Source: an uncultured Holophagae bacterium (GTDB lineage: Bacteria; Acidobacteriota; Thermoanaerobaculia; Thermoanaerobaculales; Sulfomarinibacteraceae). From it: a stretch of DNA of 64,000 bases. Within the stretch, counting starts at the first letter, position 1. Every line of letters starts with the position of its first letter. Positions 23,011 to 35,053 of this stretch are shown here, piece by piece. The position numbers were made by a program, and so were the translations under genes. Under the pieces are notes generated by a model that saw only the letters and a list, made by a program, of their open reading frames with translations, ran no database searches and was not told where the DNA came from. The stretch is from NCBI GenBank assembly GCA_963844865.1, contig CAWJPY010000004.1:80438-144437 (forward strand). Direction: 5' to 3'.

Positions 23011-23802
23011 TCAGCGGCCCTTCCAGCGCGGCTCGCGCTTCTCGAAGAAGGCGGTGATGCCCTCGACCATGTCCTCGGTCTGGGCGTTGATGGTGAGCTG
23101 CGACTGCAGGTAGGCCAGGGCGTCGGGGGTGGCCATGTCAGCAATGCGGTAGAAGGAGCCCTTCCCGAGCGCCATGATGGCGGGGCTCATGGCGGCCAGA
23201 CGGACAGCCATCTCGTGGACCTTCTCCTCGAGCTGATCGGCCGGGACGGAGGCGTTCACCAAACCGAGTCGCGCCGCCTCGGCGCCCGAGATGCGCTCGC
23301 CCAGCATGCACAGCTCCAGGGCCTTCTTGCGCCCGAGGTGGCGGATGAGCAGCGCCGTCACCATGTAGGGCCACAGACCGCGCTTGATCTCGGGGGTGCC
23401 GAGCTTCGCATCGTCGGCAGCCACGGCCAGGTCCGAGGCCAGCAGGAGCCCCATCCCGCCCGCCAGGCAGTAGCCTTCCACAACCGCCAGGATGGGGCGC
23501 GGGCAGGCGTTCATGGCCTCGAGCAGGCGGGCGTAGCCGCCCCGGTTGGCGTGCATCTCGAGGAACGAGGGCGCGGTGTCGCCGATGATCCCGCCCCCCA
23601 GGTCGGCGCCGGCGCAGAAGTTGCCGTCGGCACCGCGCAGAACCACGGCACCCACCTGTTCGTCGCTCGCGGCCTCGCCCAGGAAGCGCCCGAGCTCCGC
23701 CACCACTCCCTCGGTGATGGCGTTCTTGCGCTGGGGCCGGTTGATGGTGATGGTGGCGACGCGCTCGGCGACGCTGTACAGGACCTCGTCGGTGGTTGCC
23801 AT
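23011..23802 (-). CDS. Enoyl-CoA hydratase/isomerase family protein
   Basis: INRPQRKNA, FCAGADL, LAGGMGL, GTPEIKRGL, FFEKREPRWKG. Confidence 0.92.
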   Translation of the reverse strand: MATTDEVLYSVAERVATITINRPQRKNAITEGVVAELGRFLGEAASDEQVGAVVLRGADGNFCAGADLGGGIIGDTAPSFLEMHANRGGYARLLEAMNACPRPILAVVEGYCLAGGMGLLLASDLAVAADDAKLGTPEIKRGLWPYMVTALLIRHLGRKKALELCMLGERISGAEAARLGLVNASVPADQLEEKVHEMAVRLAAMSPAIMALGKGSFYRIADMATPDALAYLQSQLTINAQTEDMVEGITAFFEKREPRWKGR

Positions 23803-23815
23803 GCTTCACTCCTCC

Positions 23816-24685
23816 TCACTGCCCGCCCACGCCCAGCATCTGCCGCGCTTCGTCAGGCGTGGCGACCTCGCGCCCCGTCTCGTGCACCAGGCGGGCCAGA
23901 GCCTCCACCAGCTCGCCGTTGCTCCGGGCCCGCTCGCCGTCCGGCAGGTAGAAGGTGTCCTCCAGCCCGGTGCGGACATCGCCCCCCAGCTCCAGGGCCC
24001 GGCGGTGGATCGCCCACACGTTCTCCCGGCCGACCACGATGGTCTGCCAACGGCTGCCTGGCAGCATCTCGTCCACGAGCAGGGGCAGCCACTCTGGCTT
24101 CGCGGGCTGGCCGCTGGCCACCCCCATGACCAGGGAGATGTGGGGAGCACCCGCGAACATCCCGGCGCCCTTGTACAGGGCAACGCTGCGCACGATGCCG
24201 GTGTCGAAGCATTCGAACTCGGGGACGACGCCGTGGGCGGTCATGACGTTGAGGAAGCGCTCGACCTTCTCCACGGGGTTGTCGAACAGGAGGGGCGGCC
24301 AGGCCCAGGTGCCGTCCTTCTTCAGCTTGAGGTAGTTCAGGGAGCCGGCGTTGCAGGCAGCCACCTCGGGCTCGAAGGCTTCGAGGCAGGCCAGCGGCCC
24401 CGAGATGTCGTCGCCGACGACCCCCGTGGACATGTTGACGATGATGTCCGGAACGCGCTTCCTGATGGCGTCCAGAATGGCGCCCACCGAATCCAGGTCC
24501 CAGGTGGGCAGCGCCCCCAGGCCCGGCCGCTGGTCGCGAAAGTGGCAGTGGACGACTGTCGCCCCGGCGTCGAATGCCTCGCCGGCCGCCTGGGCCATCT
24601 CGCCCGGAGTGACCGGGAGGTCGAACCGGGCCGGGTCGGTGAGCACGCCGGTCAGGGCGCACGTGATGATCGCGTTGTCGCTCAC
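23816..24685 (-). CDS. Beta-keto acid cleavage enzyme (BKACE/DUF849, Kce family)
   Basis: IITCALTG, PVTP.E, AGATVVHCHFR, CNAGSLN, PEFECFD, VRTGLED, SNGELV. Confidence 0.9.
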   Translation of the reverse strand: MSDNAIITCALTGVLTDPARFDLPVTPGEMAQAAGEAFDAGATVVHCHFRDQRPGLGALPTWDLDSVGAILDAIRKRVPDIIVNMSTGVVGDDISGPLACLEAFEPEVAACNAGSLNYLKLKKDGTWAWPPLLFDNPVEKVERFLNVMTAHGVVPEFECFDTGIVRSVALYKGAGMFAGAPHISLVMGVASGQPAKPEWLPLLVDEMLPGSRWQTIVVGRENVWAIHRRALELGGDVRTGLEDTFYLPDGERARSNGELVEALARLVHETGREVATPDEARQMLGVGGQ

Positions 24686-24701
24686 TTCGATCTACTCCCG
24701 A

Positions 24702-24810
24702 GGCGGTGCCGGGCACCGCCACCCGTTGGGTTGGCCAGAGACGGTGCCAGGCACCGTAGAAGATGAGGCGGCTGGGGTACTCGATCCGTCCTCGACGGTG
24801 CCTGGCACCG
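24702..24810. repeat. Three palindromic REP-like units CGGTGCCNGGCACCG
   Basis: ggcggtgccgggcaccgcc (24702-24720), acggtgccaggcaccgt (24741-24757), cggtgcctggcaccg (24796-24810). Confidence 0.8.
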
Positions 24811-24851
24811 ACTCCCGCGTTCCAGGGAAATGGTTGGTTTCGGCACGGCGG

Positions 24852-26409
<1,558 letters not shown>

Positions 26410-26421
26410 CACCCCCTCCGA

Positions 26422-27978
26422 TCAGGCCGGTTTGATGAAGCGCTTCTTGGCGGGAAGGTCCTCCTGCTTTCGGGTGCTGGCATGGAGGGCGGCGATGATG
26501 TGGGCACGGGTGTCGCGGGGATCGATGACCTCGTGCACGGTGTAGTAGGTCGTGAAGAGCTTGGCCAGGTTGAGGACGCTGAACTGCTCCCTGACCGCGC
26601 CCAGGAGCATGTCGTACAGCTCCTGGAAGCCACCCTCCTCCTTCGCCTTGGCCAGCTCCTTGTGGAAGATGGCCTGGACGATGGCCTCGGGACCGGTGGG
26701 CGCGAACTCCACCGTGGGCCAACCGAAGATGAAGTCCGGGCCCATCTTGGAGCAGCCCATGGTGATGTTGGAGCCTCCGTAGGAGCGCCTCAGCACCACC
26801 GTCACCTTGCGGTTGGTGAGGTGGGTGTAGCCGTGCAGGTTCTTGGCGCCGTGCCGGATGACGCCCATCCGCTCCCACTTGTCCCCAGGGGGGTAGGCAG
26901 TGGTGTCGGACAGGGTCACCATGGGGATGTCGAAAGCGTCCAGGAACATCATGAGCTTGTCGTACTTGTCCGACGAGTTGGGCTCCATGATGCCGCTCAG
27001 CTCGTCCGGATTGGACGCCACCAGCCCCACGGGGATGCCGTCGAAGCGGGCGAAGCCGACGATGAGGTTGGGGGCGAAGTCCTCCTTCAGCTCGAAGAGC
27101 TCACCGTCATCGGTGATGAGCCGGATGATCTCGTGCATGTCATAGGTGAACTTGGGGTTGTCCGGCATCACGTCGAGCAGGCGCTCCTCCCGCCGGTGGG
27201 GATCATCGCCCGACGCGACCACGGGCGGCGCCTCCCAACAGCTGGAGGGCAGGAAGGCGAGCAGGCGACGCGCCAGGGCGATGGCCTCCTCGTCGGAGTC
27301 GGCGAGCACGTCGCATTGGCCGGCGGTCGTCATGTGGAACTCGGCCGAGCCGGCGCCCTCCGACGAGAGCTCTCCGCCCAGCCAGAGGAAGCCGGTCTTG
27401 CGGTTGGCGATCACGAAGTCGGAGAGAGCGGCGACCTGGGCGAAGGGTCCGGTGCACGGGCCCAGAAGCAGAGCCATCTGGGGGATGACGCCCGAGTACA
27501 GGCAGGTGGCCCGCACCAGACTGCCCATGCCGGCAAGGCCCACCTTCCCCCAGTCCAGGCCGAAGCGCGACCCGGCGGAGTCGAGCATGCCGATCACCGG
27601 CAGCAGCTCCTGACCCGCCATCTCCACCAGCTCGGCGATCTTCCACACCCCCTGGTTGCCGAGGGCGCCGGACATGACCGTGAAGTCGGTGGCGTAGACC
27701 GCCACCTGCCGTCCATCCACGGTGGCCAGCCCCATCACCACCCCGTCCCCGGGGCTCGGCCGGTCACCCTCCGGGGGCTGCCGGAAGGGATCGAAATCCC
27801 GCACCGCCGATCCCAGCTCGACGAAGCTGCCCGGATCGGCCAGGGCCTCGATGCGCTCGCGGGCCGTCAGCTTGCCCAGCGCGTGCTGGGCGGCGACCCG
27901 CTCCTCTCCGCCGGCCGCGAGGTTCTCCTTACGCATCCTCGCCAGACGGGCGAGGTAGCCGTCCATCCACTTTCCCAT
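26422..27978 (-). CDS. Acyl-CoA carboxylase carboxyltransferase subunit
   Basis: GKLTARERI, DFTVMSGALG, SGVIPQ, YDMHEII, VGFARFDG, IRHGAK, EVIDPRDTR. Confidence 0.92.
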   Translation of the reverse strand: MGKWMDGYLARLARMRKENLAAGGEERVAAQHALGKLTARERIEALADPGSFVELGSAVRDFDPFRQPPEGDRPSPGDGVVMGLATVDGRQVAVYATDFTVMSGALGNQGVWKIAELVEMAGQELLPVIGMLDSAGSRFGLDWGKVGLAGMGSLVRATCLYSGVIPQMALLLGPCTGPFAQVAALSDFVIANRKTGFLWLGGELSSEGAGSAEFHMTTAGQCDVLADSDEEAIALARRLLAFLPSSCWEAPPVVASGDDPHRREERLLDVMPDNPKFTYDMHEIIRLITDDGELFELKEDFAPNLIVGFARFDGIPVGLVASNPDELSGIMEPNSSDKYDKLMMFLDAFDIPMVTLSDTTAYPPGDKWERMGVIRHGAKNLHGYTHLTNRKVTVVLRRSYGGSNITMGCSKMGPDFIFGWPTVEFAPTGPEAIVQAIFHKELAKAKEEGGFQELYDMLLGAVREQFSVLNLAKLFTTYYTVHEVIDPRDTRAHIIAALHASTRKQEDLPAKKRFIKPA

Positions 27979-27995
27979 GGCTCACTCCAGACCGG

Positions 27996-28241
27996 CTAGG
28001 AGCCGGTCTCGATGACGAACAGCAGGTCGCCGTCCGTCACCGGCGCTTCGTTGGCGGCCGCGATGCCGACGATCGTCCCCGCCGCCGGTGACTTGAGGGG
28101 CTGGAAGACCTTCATGGTCTCGAGCAGCCCCAGCACCTGCTTCTTCTCCACCTGGTGCCCGAGGTCCACGTAGACCGGCTCCTCGGGAGCTGGCCTGCGG
28201 TAGAACACGCCGGCCATGGGGGCCCTGAGCTCGACTTTCAT
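27996..28241 (-). CDS. Biotin carboxyl carrier protein
   Basis: APMAGVFYRRPAP...LLETMKV biotinyl-Lys motif; GGAGG RBS. Confidence 0.88.
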   Translation of the reverse strand: MKVELRAPMAGVFYRRPAPEEPVYVDLGHQVEKKQVLGLLETMKVFQPLKSPAAGTIVGIAAANEAPVTDGDLLFVIETGS

Positions 28242-28305
28242 GCCTGCCTCCGATCAACCTTCTCGGGAGCCCTCCCGGTGACACGCACGTCGGCGTGATC
28301 ACAAC

Positions 28306-28385
28306 CCGCGCCCGCGTCCGCACTCGCGTCCGCGTCCGATGGGCCATCCGCATTCGGGACGGGCGCGGGCTCGGGCGCGGAGTGG
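28306..28385. repeat. Hexamer-period repeat tract with inverted arms (possible hairpin)
   Basis: cccgcgcccgcgtccgcactcgcgtccgcgtccg...cgggacgggcgcgggctcgggcgcggg; related to the tract at 22818. Confidence 0.6.
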
Positions 28386-28433
28386 TCGCAGCACGTCCGC
28401 CGGCACCGGCCGCAACGGGGCTGGAAGTGCTCC

Positions 28434-29588
28434 TCACGAGAACTCGACCCGAGCCGGCAGCTGGTGGGCCAGGACCTCCACCGCCTGCTCCACCATCTCC
28501 TCGAGGATCTGTCCCGCCGGCTTGATCTCTCCGATCATGCCCGAGATCTGACCCGAGAACGGGCTGATGTAGTCGTTGAGCTCCGCCTTCTGGAACATCT
28601 CGACCATGGCCGAGGCGAGGAACACCTGGGTGGGGAAGGGCAGCGGCTCCAGCCCGGAGGCCTCCCACAGGGTGTGGAGCTTGTTGGCCGTGGCCCGGGA
28701 GGGCTTCCCTGTATAGAGCTGGCTGCGCTTGGAGTCCTCGTCCCGCGCCTTGAGGATGGCGTCCTTCTGGGCCGGGATGGCCCCGCCCTCCACCGAGGCC
28801 AGGAAGCGGGTGCCCACCCAGGCCCCGGCGCAGCCGAGGGCCAGGGCCGCCACCACGCCGCGGCCGTCGCCGATCCCCCCCGCCCCGAGCACCGGAGTCG
28901 GAGCCGCCGCGTCCACCGCCTGCGGCCACAGAGCCATGGAGCCCACGAGCCCGGTGTGACCGCCCGCCTCGGTGCCCTGGGCCACCACGATGTCGGCCCC
29001 GGCCCGAGCGATGCGGCCGGCGTTTCGGGTGTGGCCGGCGATCCCCAGCACCTTGACCCCGGCACGGTGCGCGTCCTCGACCATGAAGCCGGGGTTGCCG
29101 AGGCCGGCGCAGAACAGGGGCACCTTCTCCTCGATGCAGACCTTCACCGCGGCGTGTGGGCGCATGGTGGTGCTGCCCGCGCGCACCGTGGTCTCGACGT
29201 CCGGCAGACCGAGCTCCTCCTTGATCTGCGTCATCCAGTCCAGGTGTGCCTTGGGCAGCGTGGTGATGATGTCGGACAGAGCGATCTCCTGGGGCCCGTC
29301 GAACTCCTGGTCGCCGGCACGGACGATGGCCGGCGGCAGCAGCAGGTCGACGCCGAACGGCTTGTCGGTGAGCTTCTTGATCTCGCGGATCTGCTCCCTG
29401 AGCTCCTCCACCGTGAAACCGGCACCCCCCAGCACACCCATCCCCCCGGCCTCCGACACCGCTACCACCAGCTCGATGGGGGCGCCGGTCTTCTCCCCGA
29501 TCAGGCTCGGGCCCATGCCCGCGCTGAGGATCGGATACTCGATGCCGAGCATGTCGCACAGTCTGGTCCGCAGCACCCTCCGGGTCAT
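28434..29588 (-). CDS. Nitronate monooxygenase / FabK-like FMN-dependent oxidoreductase
   Basis: LGIEYPILSAGMG, KPFGVDLL, AQGTEAGGHTG, AGGIGDGRG, WVGTRFL. Confidence 0.88.
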   Translation of the reverse strand: MTRRVLRTRLCDMLGIEYPILSAGMGPSLIGEKTGAPIELVVAVSEAGGMGVLGGAGFTVEELREQIREIKKLTDKPFGVDLLLPPAIVRAGDQEFDGPQEIALSDIITTLPKAHLDWMTQIKEELGLPDVETTVRAGSTTMRPHAAVKVCIEEKVPLFCAGLGNPGFMVEDAHRAGVKVLGIAGHTRNAGRIARAGADIVVAQGTEAGGHTGLVGSMALWPQAVDAAAPTPVLGAGGIGDGRGVVAALALGCAGAWVGTRFLASVEGGAIPAQKDAILKARDEDSKRSQLYTGKPSRATANKLHTLWEASGLEPLPFPTQVFLASAMVEMFQKAELNDYISPFSGQISGMIGEIKPAGQILEEMVEQAVEVLAHQLPARVEFS

Positions 29589-30427
29589 CGCGCCTCCTTC
29601 CTGGTCGCCGGCTCCCTCTCCCAGGCCCGCTCACCGGGAGCCGGTGGGTCCACCGGCCCTCCCGCGAAACACTGGGCGATCCGCATCCACTCCGTGGCCG
29701 TCGGCCCGACGACCACGAGGTCCGTGTCGCCGACGTTGCGGTTCTGGGTCACCACCCGGCAGAAGTCCACCGCCGTCCCCGCGATCCGCTCCTGTCCCCC
29801 GGGATCGCCCCACTCCCAGACCGCCCCCGACGGCGCGGTCAGACGCAGATAGGGCATCTCGCCGGGCGCATCGAGGCCGCGGTTGACGAAGGTCCAGGCG
29901 AAGGTCTTGACGCCGAGAACGACGATGTTCTTGACCCGGTCGGAGTGCGCGCGATGGACATGAAGAAGGTCGTAGATGTCCTGGCCGTGGGCCCAGGTCT
30001 CCATCTGGCGGGCGGTGGCGAACATCCGCACGCCCATGTCCGGTCCGTACCACTTCAGCCGGCGCTGCGGGTCGGAGGAGCCCAGCAGATCGCACATCTC
30101 CACGAACCCGCTCCGCCAGCGTTCCAACAGCTCTTCGGGGGCGAGGGGTCCCAGGTGGCGGCGCGTGAAGGCGGCCAGGTCGAGGCCGTCCTCGAAGCCC
30201 TTCACGAGCTCCAACACGGAGGCGGTGAAACCTTCCTCCGAGGTCGCCGACAGCACCGCGGCATGGTTGAAGTAGTAGAGATGGGCGACGACGTCCCACA
30301 CCGTCCAGCCCTTGAACGGGGTCGCCCGCTGCCAGGTGCCCGCATCCAGGCCAGACACGAAGCCATAGAGGGCATCGCACTCCGCACGGAGGTCACTCGC
30401 TTGCTCGAGCATATCGAACCCCCTCAT
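29585..30427 (-). CDS. TIGR03084-type metal-binding protein (MDMPI/DinB-like)
   Basis: TPFKGWTVWDVVAHL, WYGPDM, TARQMETWAHGQD, LTAPSG..W.WG, AQCFAG. Confidence 0.82.
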   Translation of the reverse strand: MRGFDMLEQASDLRAECDALYGFVSGLDAGTWQRATPFKGWTVWDVVAHLYYFNHAAVLSATSEEGFTASVLELVKGFEDGLDLAAFTRRHLGPLAPEELLERWRSGFVEMCDLLGSSDPQRRLKWYGPDMGVRMFATARQMETWAHGQDIYDLLHVHRAHSDRVKNIVVLGVKTFAWTFVNRGLDAPGEMPYLRLTAPSGAVWEWGDPGGQERIAGTAVDFCRVVTQNRNVGDTDLVVVGPTATEWMRIAQCFAGGPVDPPAPGERAWEREPATRKEAR

Positions 30428-31569
30428 CCTAACCCGAGATCCTTGGCGATGATCTCCTTCATGATCTCGGTGGTGCCGCCGCCGATGCTCAGCACCCTGG
30501 TGTCCCGGTACAAGCGCTCCACCAGGTACTCCCGGGCGTAGCCGTAGCCGCCGTGAACCTGGACCGCGTCGTACACCACGCGGTCGCAGACCTCGCAGGA
30601 GAAGTTCTTGGCCATGGCCGCCTCGGCCGGAGTGACCGCGCGACCCGAGCGCACCCTGGCCGCCAGGGCGTAGTTGAGCTCGCGCGCCGCCGTCACCCTC
30701 GTCGCCATGTCCGCGAGCTTGTGGCGCGTCACCTGGAAGCCCGCCAGGGTCCTGCCGAACGCGCGCCGCTGGCGGGCATAGCGCAGCGCCTCCTCGAGGG
30801 CGAGCTGCGCGGCGGCCGCCGCTTGCACGGCGAGGAGGAGGCGCTCACCCACGAAGTTGTGCATCAAGATCCCGAAGCCCTCGTTCTCTTTGCCGATGAG
30901 GTTGGCCGCCGGCACCCGGCAATCGGAGAAGACGAGCTCCGCGGTCCCCGAGGGGCTCCAGCCCATGGTACGGATCCTGCCGGCGACCTCGAAACCCGGC
31001 GTGCCGCGCTCGATCATCAGCACGCTGATGCCTCCGGCACCGGGTCCTCCGGTACGCACTGCGGTGGTCAGCACGTCAGCTCGGGAACCGCTGGTGATGA
31101 AGGTCTTGGCTCCGTTGACGACGAAGTGGTCGCCATCGCGCACCGCCCTGGTGGTGATGCCGGCCACGTCGGAGCCGGCGTCGGGCTCGGTCACCGCCAG
31201 GGCAGACACCTTGTCGCCTGCGAGCACGGGCGGAATGAAGCGCCGCTTCTGCTCCTCGCTGCCCGCGATGAGGATCGGCGGCAGGCCGATGCCGAGGCTG
31301 TACAACCCCGCCACCAGGCCGAGGGAGCCGCAGCGCACGAGCTCCTCGTTGAGGACCACGCCGTGGAAGGCATCGCCGCCGCTGCCCCCCAGCTCCTCGG
31401 GGAAACCGATGCCGAGCAACCCGGCGGCGGCGGCCTTCCGGTACAGCTCCCGCGGGAAGTCGCCGGCCTCCTCCCAGGCCCCCACGTGGGGACGGATCTC
31501 GCGCTCGACGAAGGTCCGGATGGAGGTCCTGAGCATGTCGTGCGTGTCGTCGAAGTACGCCTCGTACAT
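30424..31569 (-). CDS. Acyl-CoA dehydrogenase (citronellyl-CoA dehydrogenase AtuD-like)
   Basis: GGAGG RBS; WEEAGDFPRELY, AVTEPDAGSDV, NGAKTFITSG, AVQVHGGYGY, SIGGGTTEIMK. Confidence 0.88.
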   Translation of the reverse strand: MYEAYFDDTHDMLRTSIRTFVEREIRPHVGAWEEAGDFPRELYRKAAAAGLLGIGFPEELGGSGGDAFHGVVLNEELVRCGSLGLVAGLYSLGIGLPPILIAGSEEQKRRFIPPVLAGDKVSALAVTEPDAGSDVAGITTRAVRDGDHFVVNGAKTFITSGSRADVLTTAVRTGGPGAGGISVLMIERGTPGFEVAGRIRTMGWSPSGTAELVFSDCRVPAANLIGKENEGFGILMHNFVGERLLLAVQAAAAAQLALEEALRYARQRRAFGRTLAGFQVTRHKLADMATRVTAARELNYALAARVRSGRAVTPAEAAMAKNFSCEVCDRVVYDAVQVHGGYGYAREYLVERLYRDTRVLSIGGGTTEIMKEIIAKDLGLG

Positions 31570-31906
31570 CCCGGCCTCCGTGGCGTGCATGAGGGTCTGA
31601 GCGTCGGCGACGACCATACCAGGGATGTGCCTGCTCCGTGCCCAGTGAGCCTCCTTGGTCTCGGATCGCCGAAGGTCTCTGAACTCGCGAGGCACAACCC
31701 CGCCGAGGTGCTTCTCACCGCGACACGAACAGGGACAGTGATCGGGGACGGCGGCAGCGGACAGCGTCCGCGCCCGAGTCCGCGGCGGCGATCGGCAGCG
31801 GCCGGAGCGAGAGGGACCGGCCGCTACAGCCGAGGATCGAAGAGGCGCCAGGTCATCGCCCGCACCTGATGGCGCTGGCCGCACGCGCTGCCGCTGGTGA
31901 CCGGGA

Positions 31907-32950
31907 TCAGTAGTGGCCCTCGTCCCCCAACTTGACCCGCCCCGTCAGCTTGCGGTGCACCAGGATGGTGTAGCCGACGGCCAGGATCATGCCGGGGATG
32001 AACCAGCCCAGCGCAACGGTCAGACCGTACTTCGAAGCCGCGGCATTGTAGATGGTCAAGCCGCGGCTGGGATCAGGGATGGAGGGCAGGACGTAGGGGA
32101 AGAGGCCGAAGGCGACGCTGGTCAGCATGCCGAAGATGTACGCCGCCGAGGAGGCGAAGGCCTTGGCGTCATCGCCGCGGGCCGCCAAGAGGATGATCCC
32201 GAGGAGGCCGGCCACGGCGATGGCCGGGAAGACGAAGCCCCAGGGCCTCGCCATGAGGTTGCTCCCGACCTGAGGCTGGATCCTGAAGGTGAAGAAGGTC
32301 ACCACCGCCACCATGGTCACCACGGCCGGCCACAGTCGACGGGCGGCGCGGGCCGCGCGCTCCTGCACCGGTCCCTCGGTGCGGTAGGCGAGCCACAGCG
32401 CTCCGTGCTCCGCCAGCGTCACGAATGTGAGGATCCCCACCAGGGTCGTGTACCAGTCGAGGACCCCGGCGCGAGCCACCAGCTGGAAGTTGAACCACAG
32501 GGGAAGGAAGAAGTTGCCCGCCTCGTCCAGGGGAACACCGCGCACCACGTTGCCCAGGGCGACGCCGAAGAAGAAGGCGAGCAGGCCGCTGGCGCCCGCG
32601 AAGCCCACGTCCCAGAACTGCCGCCACAGGGGGTTGGAGAGATGGCTGCGGAACTCCAGGGAGATGCCGCGGAGCAGCAGCAGCCAGAGCACGATCATGA
32701 GTGGCAGGTAGAAGCCGCTGAAGCTGGAGGCGTAGAGGATGGGGAAGGCCAGGAAGAGGACCCCGCCGCCGGCGATGAGCCACACCTCGTTGCCGTCCCA
32801 CACCGGTCCGATGGTCTGCACCACCTGCCGGCGCTCCTGGTCGTTCGTCGCCACGAACAGGTGGAGCATGCCGGTGCCCAGGTCGTACCCGTCCAGGAGG
32901 ACATAACCGGTGATGAAAATCGCCAGGAAGCAGAACCAGACGAACTCCAC
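31907..32950 (-). CDS. cydB: Cytochrome bd ubiquinol oxidase subunit II
   Basis: LDGYDLGTG, IGPVWDGNEVWLI, LRGISLEFR, GVALGN. Confidence 0.95.
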   Translation of the reverse strand: MEFVWFCFLAIFITGYVLLDGYDLGTGMLHLFVATNDQERRQVVQTIGPVWDGNEVWLIAGGGVLFLAFPILYASSFSGFYLPLMIVLWLLLLRGISLEFRSHLSNPLWRQFWDVGFAGASGLLAFFFGVALGNVVRGVPLDEAGNFFLPLWFNFQLVARAGVLDWYTTLVGILTFVTLAEHGALWLAYRTEGPVQERAARAARRLWPAVVTMVAVVTFFTFRIQPQVGSNLMARPWGFVFPAIAVAGLLGIILLAARGDDAKAFASSAAYIFGMLTSVAFGLFPYVLPSIPDPSRGLTIYNAAASKYGLTVALGWFIPGMILAVGYTILVHRKLTGRVKLGDEGHY

Positions 32951-32962
32951 GGACCGTCCTTT

Positions 32963-34337
32963 CTACGTCGTCCCGGAGGTCGGCGCCGCCTCCGCGGTTG
33001 TGGTGACCACGTCGGGCGCCGCATCCGGGCCGTGGTCGAGCTCGCGGTAGACGAGAAACAGGAACAGGATGCCCAGCACCAGGTACGTCCCCAGGAAGCC
33101 GATGAGGGTGAACAGGACGTTGCCCGCGGACACGTGGGGAGAGTAGCCGGCGGCGGTGCGTTGCAGGCCGTGCACGAGCCAGGGCTGCCGCCCCAGCTCG
33201 GCGGTCAACCAGCCCGCGGTGTTGGCGATGTAGGGAAAGGGGATCAGCAGAACCAGCACCCAGAGCATGCGCCGGGATTCGAACAGGCTGCCGCGCCACA
33301 GCTTCCAGGCCGCCAGCACCAGCCCCGCCACGAAGATCGTGCCCAGCCCGACCATGATGTGATACGAGTAGTAGAGCAGGGGTACGTTGTCCGGCCAGTC
33401 TTCACGGGGGAAGGCCTTGAGTCCCTGGACCTCCGCCGTCCACCGCCGGTAGGTGAGCAGGCTCAGGGCCCGCGGCACCGAGATGGGGTTGTCCAGCCTC
33501 AGCTCGTCCATGTCGGGCTGGCCGACGATGACGATGGGGGCCCCGTGGCGTGACTCGAAGAGGCCCTCCATGCCGGCCAGGGTTGTCGGCTGGTAGCGGG
33601 CCACGTTGCGGCCTTGGGCGTCACCCGAGGGGAAGAGCTGGAAGCAGGCCGCGACCACCCCCGCGATCACGCCCAGGCGCACGAAGGTGCGGCCGTACTC
33701 CTGGTGCCGGCCGAGGAGGAGGTACAGGGCCCCGATCCCGGCCATCACCACGCTGGCCGTGATCACCGATCCGCTCATGTTGTGCAGGTACTGCCATGGC
33801 AGCCATGGATTGGACAGGAGTGTGCCGAGGCCCTTCAGCTCCAGGTTTCCGTCCGCCCCCACCGCATGGCCCACGGGGTGCTGCATGAAGGCGTTGGTGG
33901 CGACGATGAAGTAGCCCGAGATCCACGACCCGAGCCAGACCGCCACCGCCGTGCCGAAGTGCGCCCGGCGTCCCAGCTTCTCGCGGCCGAACAGGAAGAG
34001 CGCGAGAAAGGAGGACTCCAGGAAGAACGCGAACACGCCCTCCATGGCCAGCGTCTGGCCGATGACGCCTCCGGTGGCCTCGGAGAAGCGCGCCCAGTTG
34101 GTGCCGAACTGGAACTCCATGGGGATCCCGGTGACCACGCCCATGACGAAGGTCAGCCCGAAGACCCGTCCCCAGAAATGCGCGGCGCGGTCGTAGCGGT
34201 CGTCGTCGCTGCGCAGCCCCATCGCCTGGAGGATCACGATCAGGAGTGCCAGCCCCATGGTGAGCTGGGGGAAGACGTAGTGGTAGGAGGCGGTGAAGGC
34301 GAAATGCAGCCGGTCCCGGATCGAGTGCCGTCCCCAT
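32963..34337 (-). CDS. cydA: Cytochrome bd ubiquinol oxidase subunit I (frameshift at about 34318)
   Basis: RLHFAFTASYHYVFPQLTMG, GVVTGIPMEFQFGTNW, EGVFAFFLES, NAFMQHP, GWLTAELGRQPW; start lies in another frame. Confidence 0.93.
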
Positions 34338-34547
34338 GGCCATCAATCTAGCCCTCTCCGTCTGTCAGTTCAACGCCGGGGATCGCGACATCAATCCCGC
34401 AGGACACCCCTCGAGAGGGACCCAAGGCACCTGATCGTCTTGACTTGAAATCGCGATCCGGGGACCCCTGCCGTCCCACGAACCACCATCCGGGACCCCG
34501 CGGGCATGGGGGGATCCCCCACACCGCTCGCCGCGGCGGCTCGCGGG

Positions 34548-34889
34548 CTACGACTCGAACGAATCGACAGCCATCTGCTCGTCGTCGAACATCTCGAACA
34601 CGCCCACGAGCTGTGCCATGGTGAGCAGCTTGCGCGCTTTGAGGTTGACGTGGAGGAGCTTGATCTCCCCCCCCTTGGCGGCCGCCGTGGCCTTGGAGCG
34701 GATGAGCTCACCGAGACCCGACGAATCGATGGCCTTCACCGCATCGAGGTTGAGCAGAATCTTGGTGTGGCCGTCGTTGAGCTCGTCCAGCAGCGCTCCC
34801 CGCAGCCGAACGTCACCCGAGCCGATGGTCAGCTTGCCGTTCATGTCGAGAATCGAGACGTCCTTCATCTGACGCTTGGTGATCTCCAT
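34548..34889 (-). CDS. STAS-domain anti-sigma factor antagonist
   Basis: ILLNLDAVKAIDSSGLGELI with the phosphorylatable Ser motif DSSG. Confidence 0.9.
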   Translation of the reverse strand: MEITKRQMKDVSILDMNGKLTIGSGDVRLRGALLDELNDGHTKILLNLDAVKAIDSSGLGELIRSKATAAAKGGEIKLLHVNLKARKLLTMAQLVGVFEMFDDEQMAVDSFES

Positions 34890-35053
34890 GGTTCACTCCC
34901 AGTCCTCGGAAAGCGAGGGTGCCTCCGAACGGTGATAGCAGCCGCCATTATTACACACCGGTACGACCGTGGATCACACCGCAACCCCCACACCCGCCGG
35001 TCCGACCGAGTCGTCAGAGGAGCCTGTGGTACGCTGGACGTCAGGTGACCGCA

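Noticed and set aside
24702-24810. Mini CRISPR array
   Set aside because: Repeats are only 15-19 bp, spacing is unequal, there are just three units, and no cas genes are present.
34340-34450. FNR/Rex box upstream of cydA
   Set aside because: Only ATCAA half-sites; no full palindrome.
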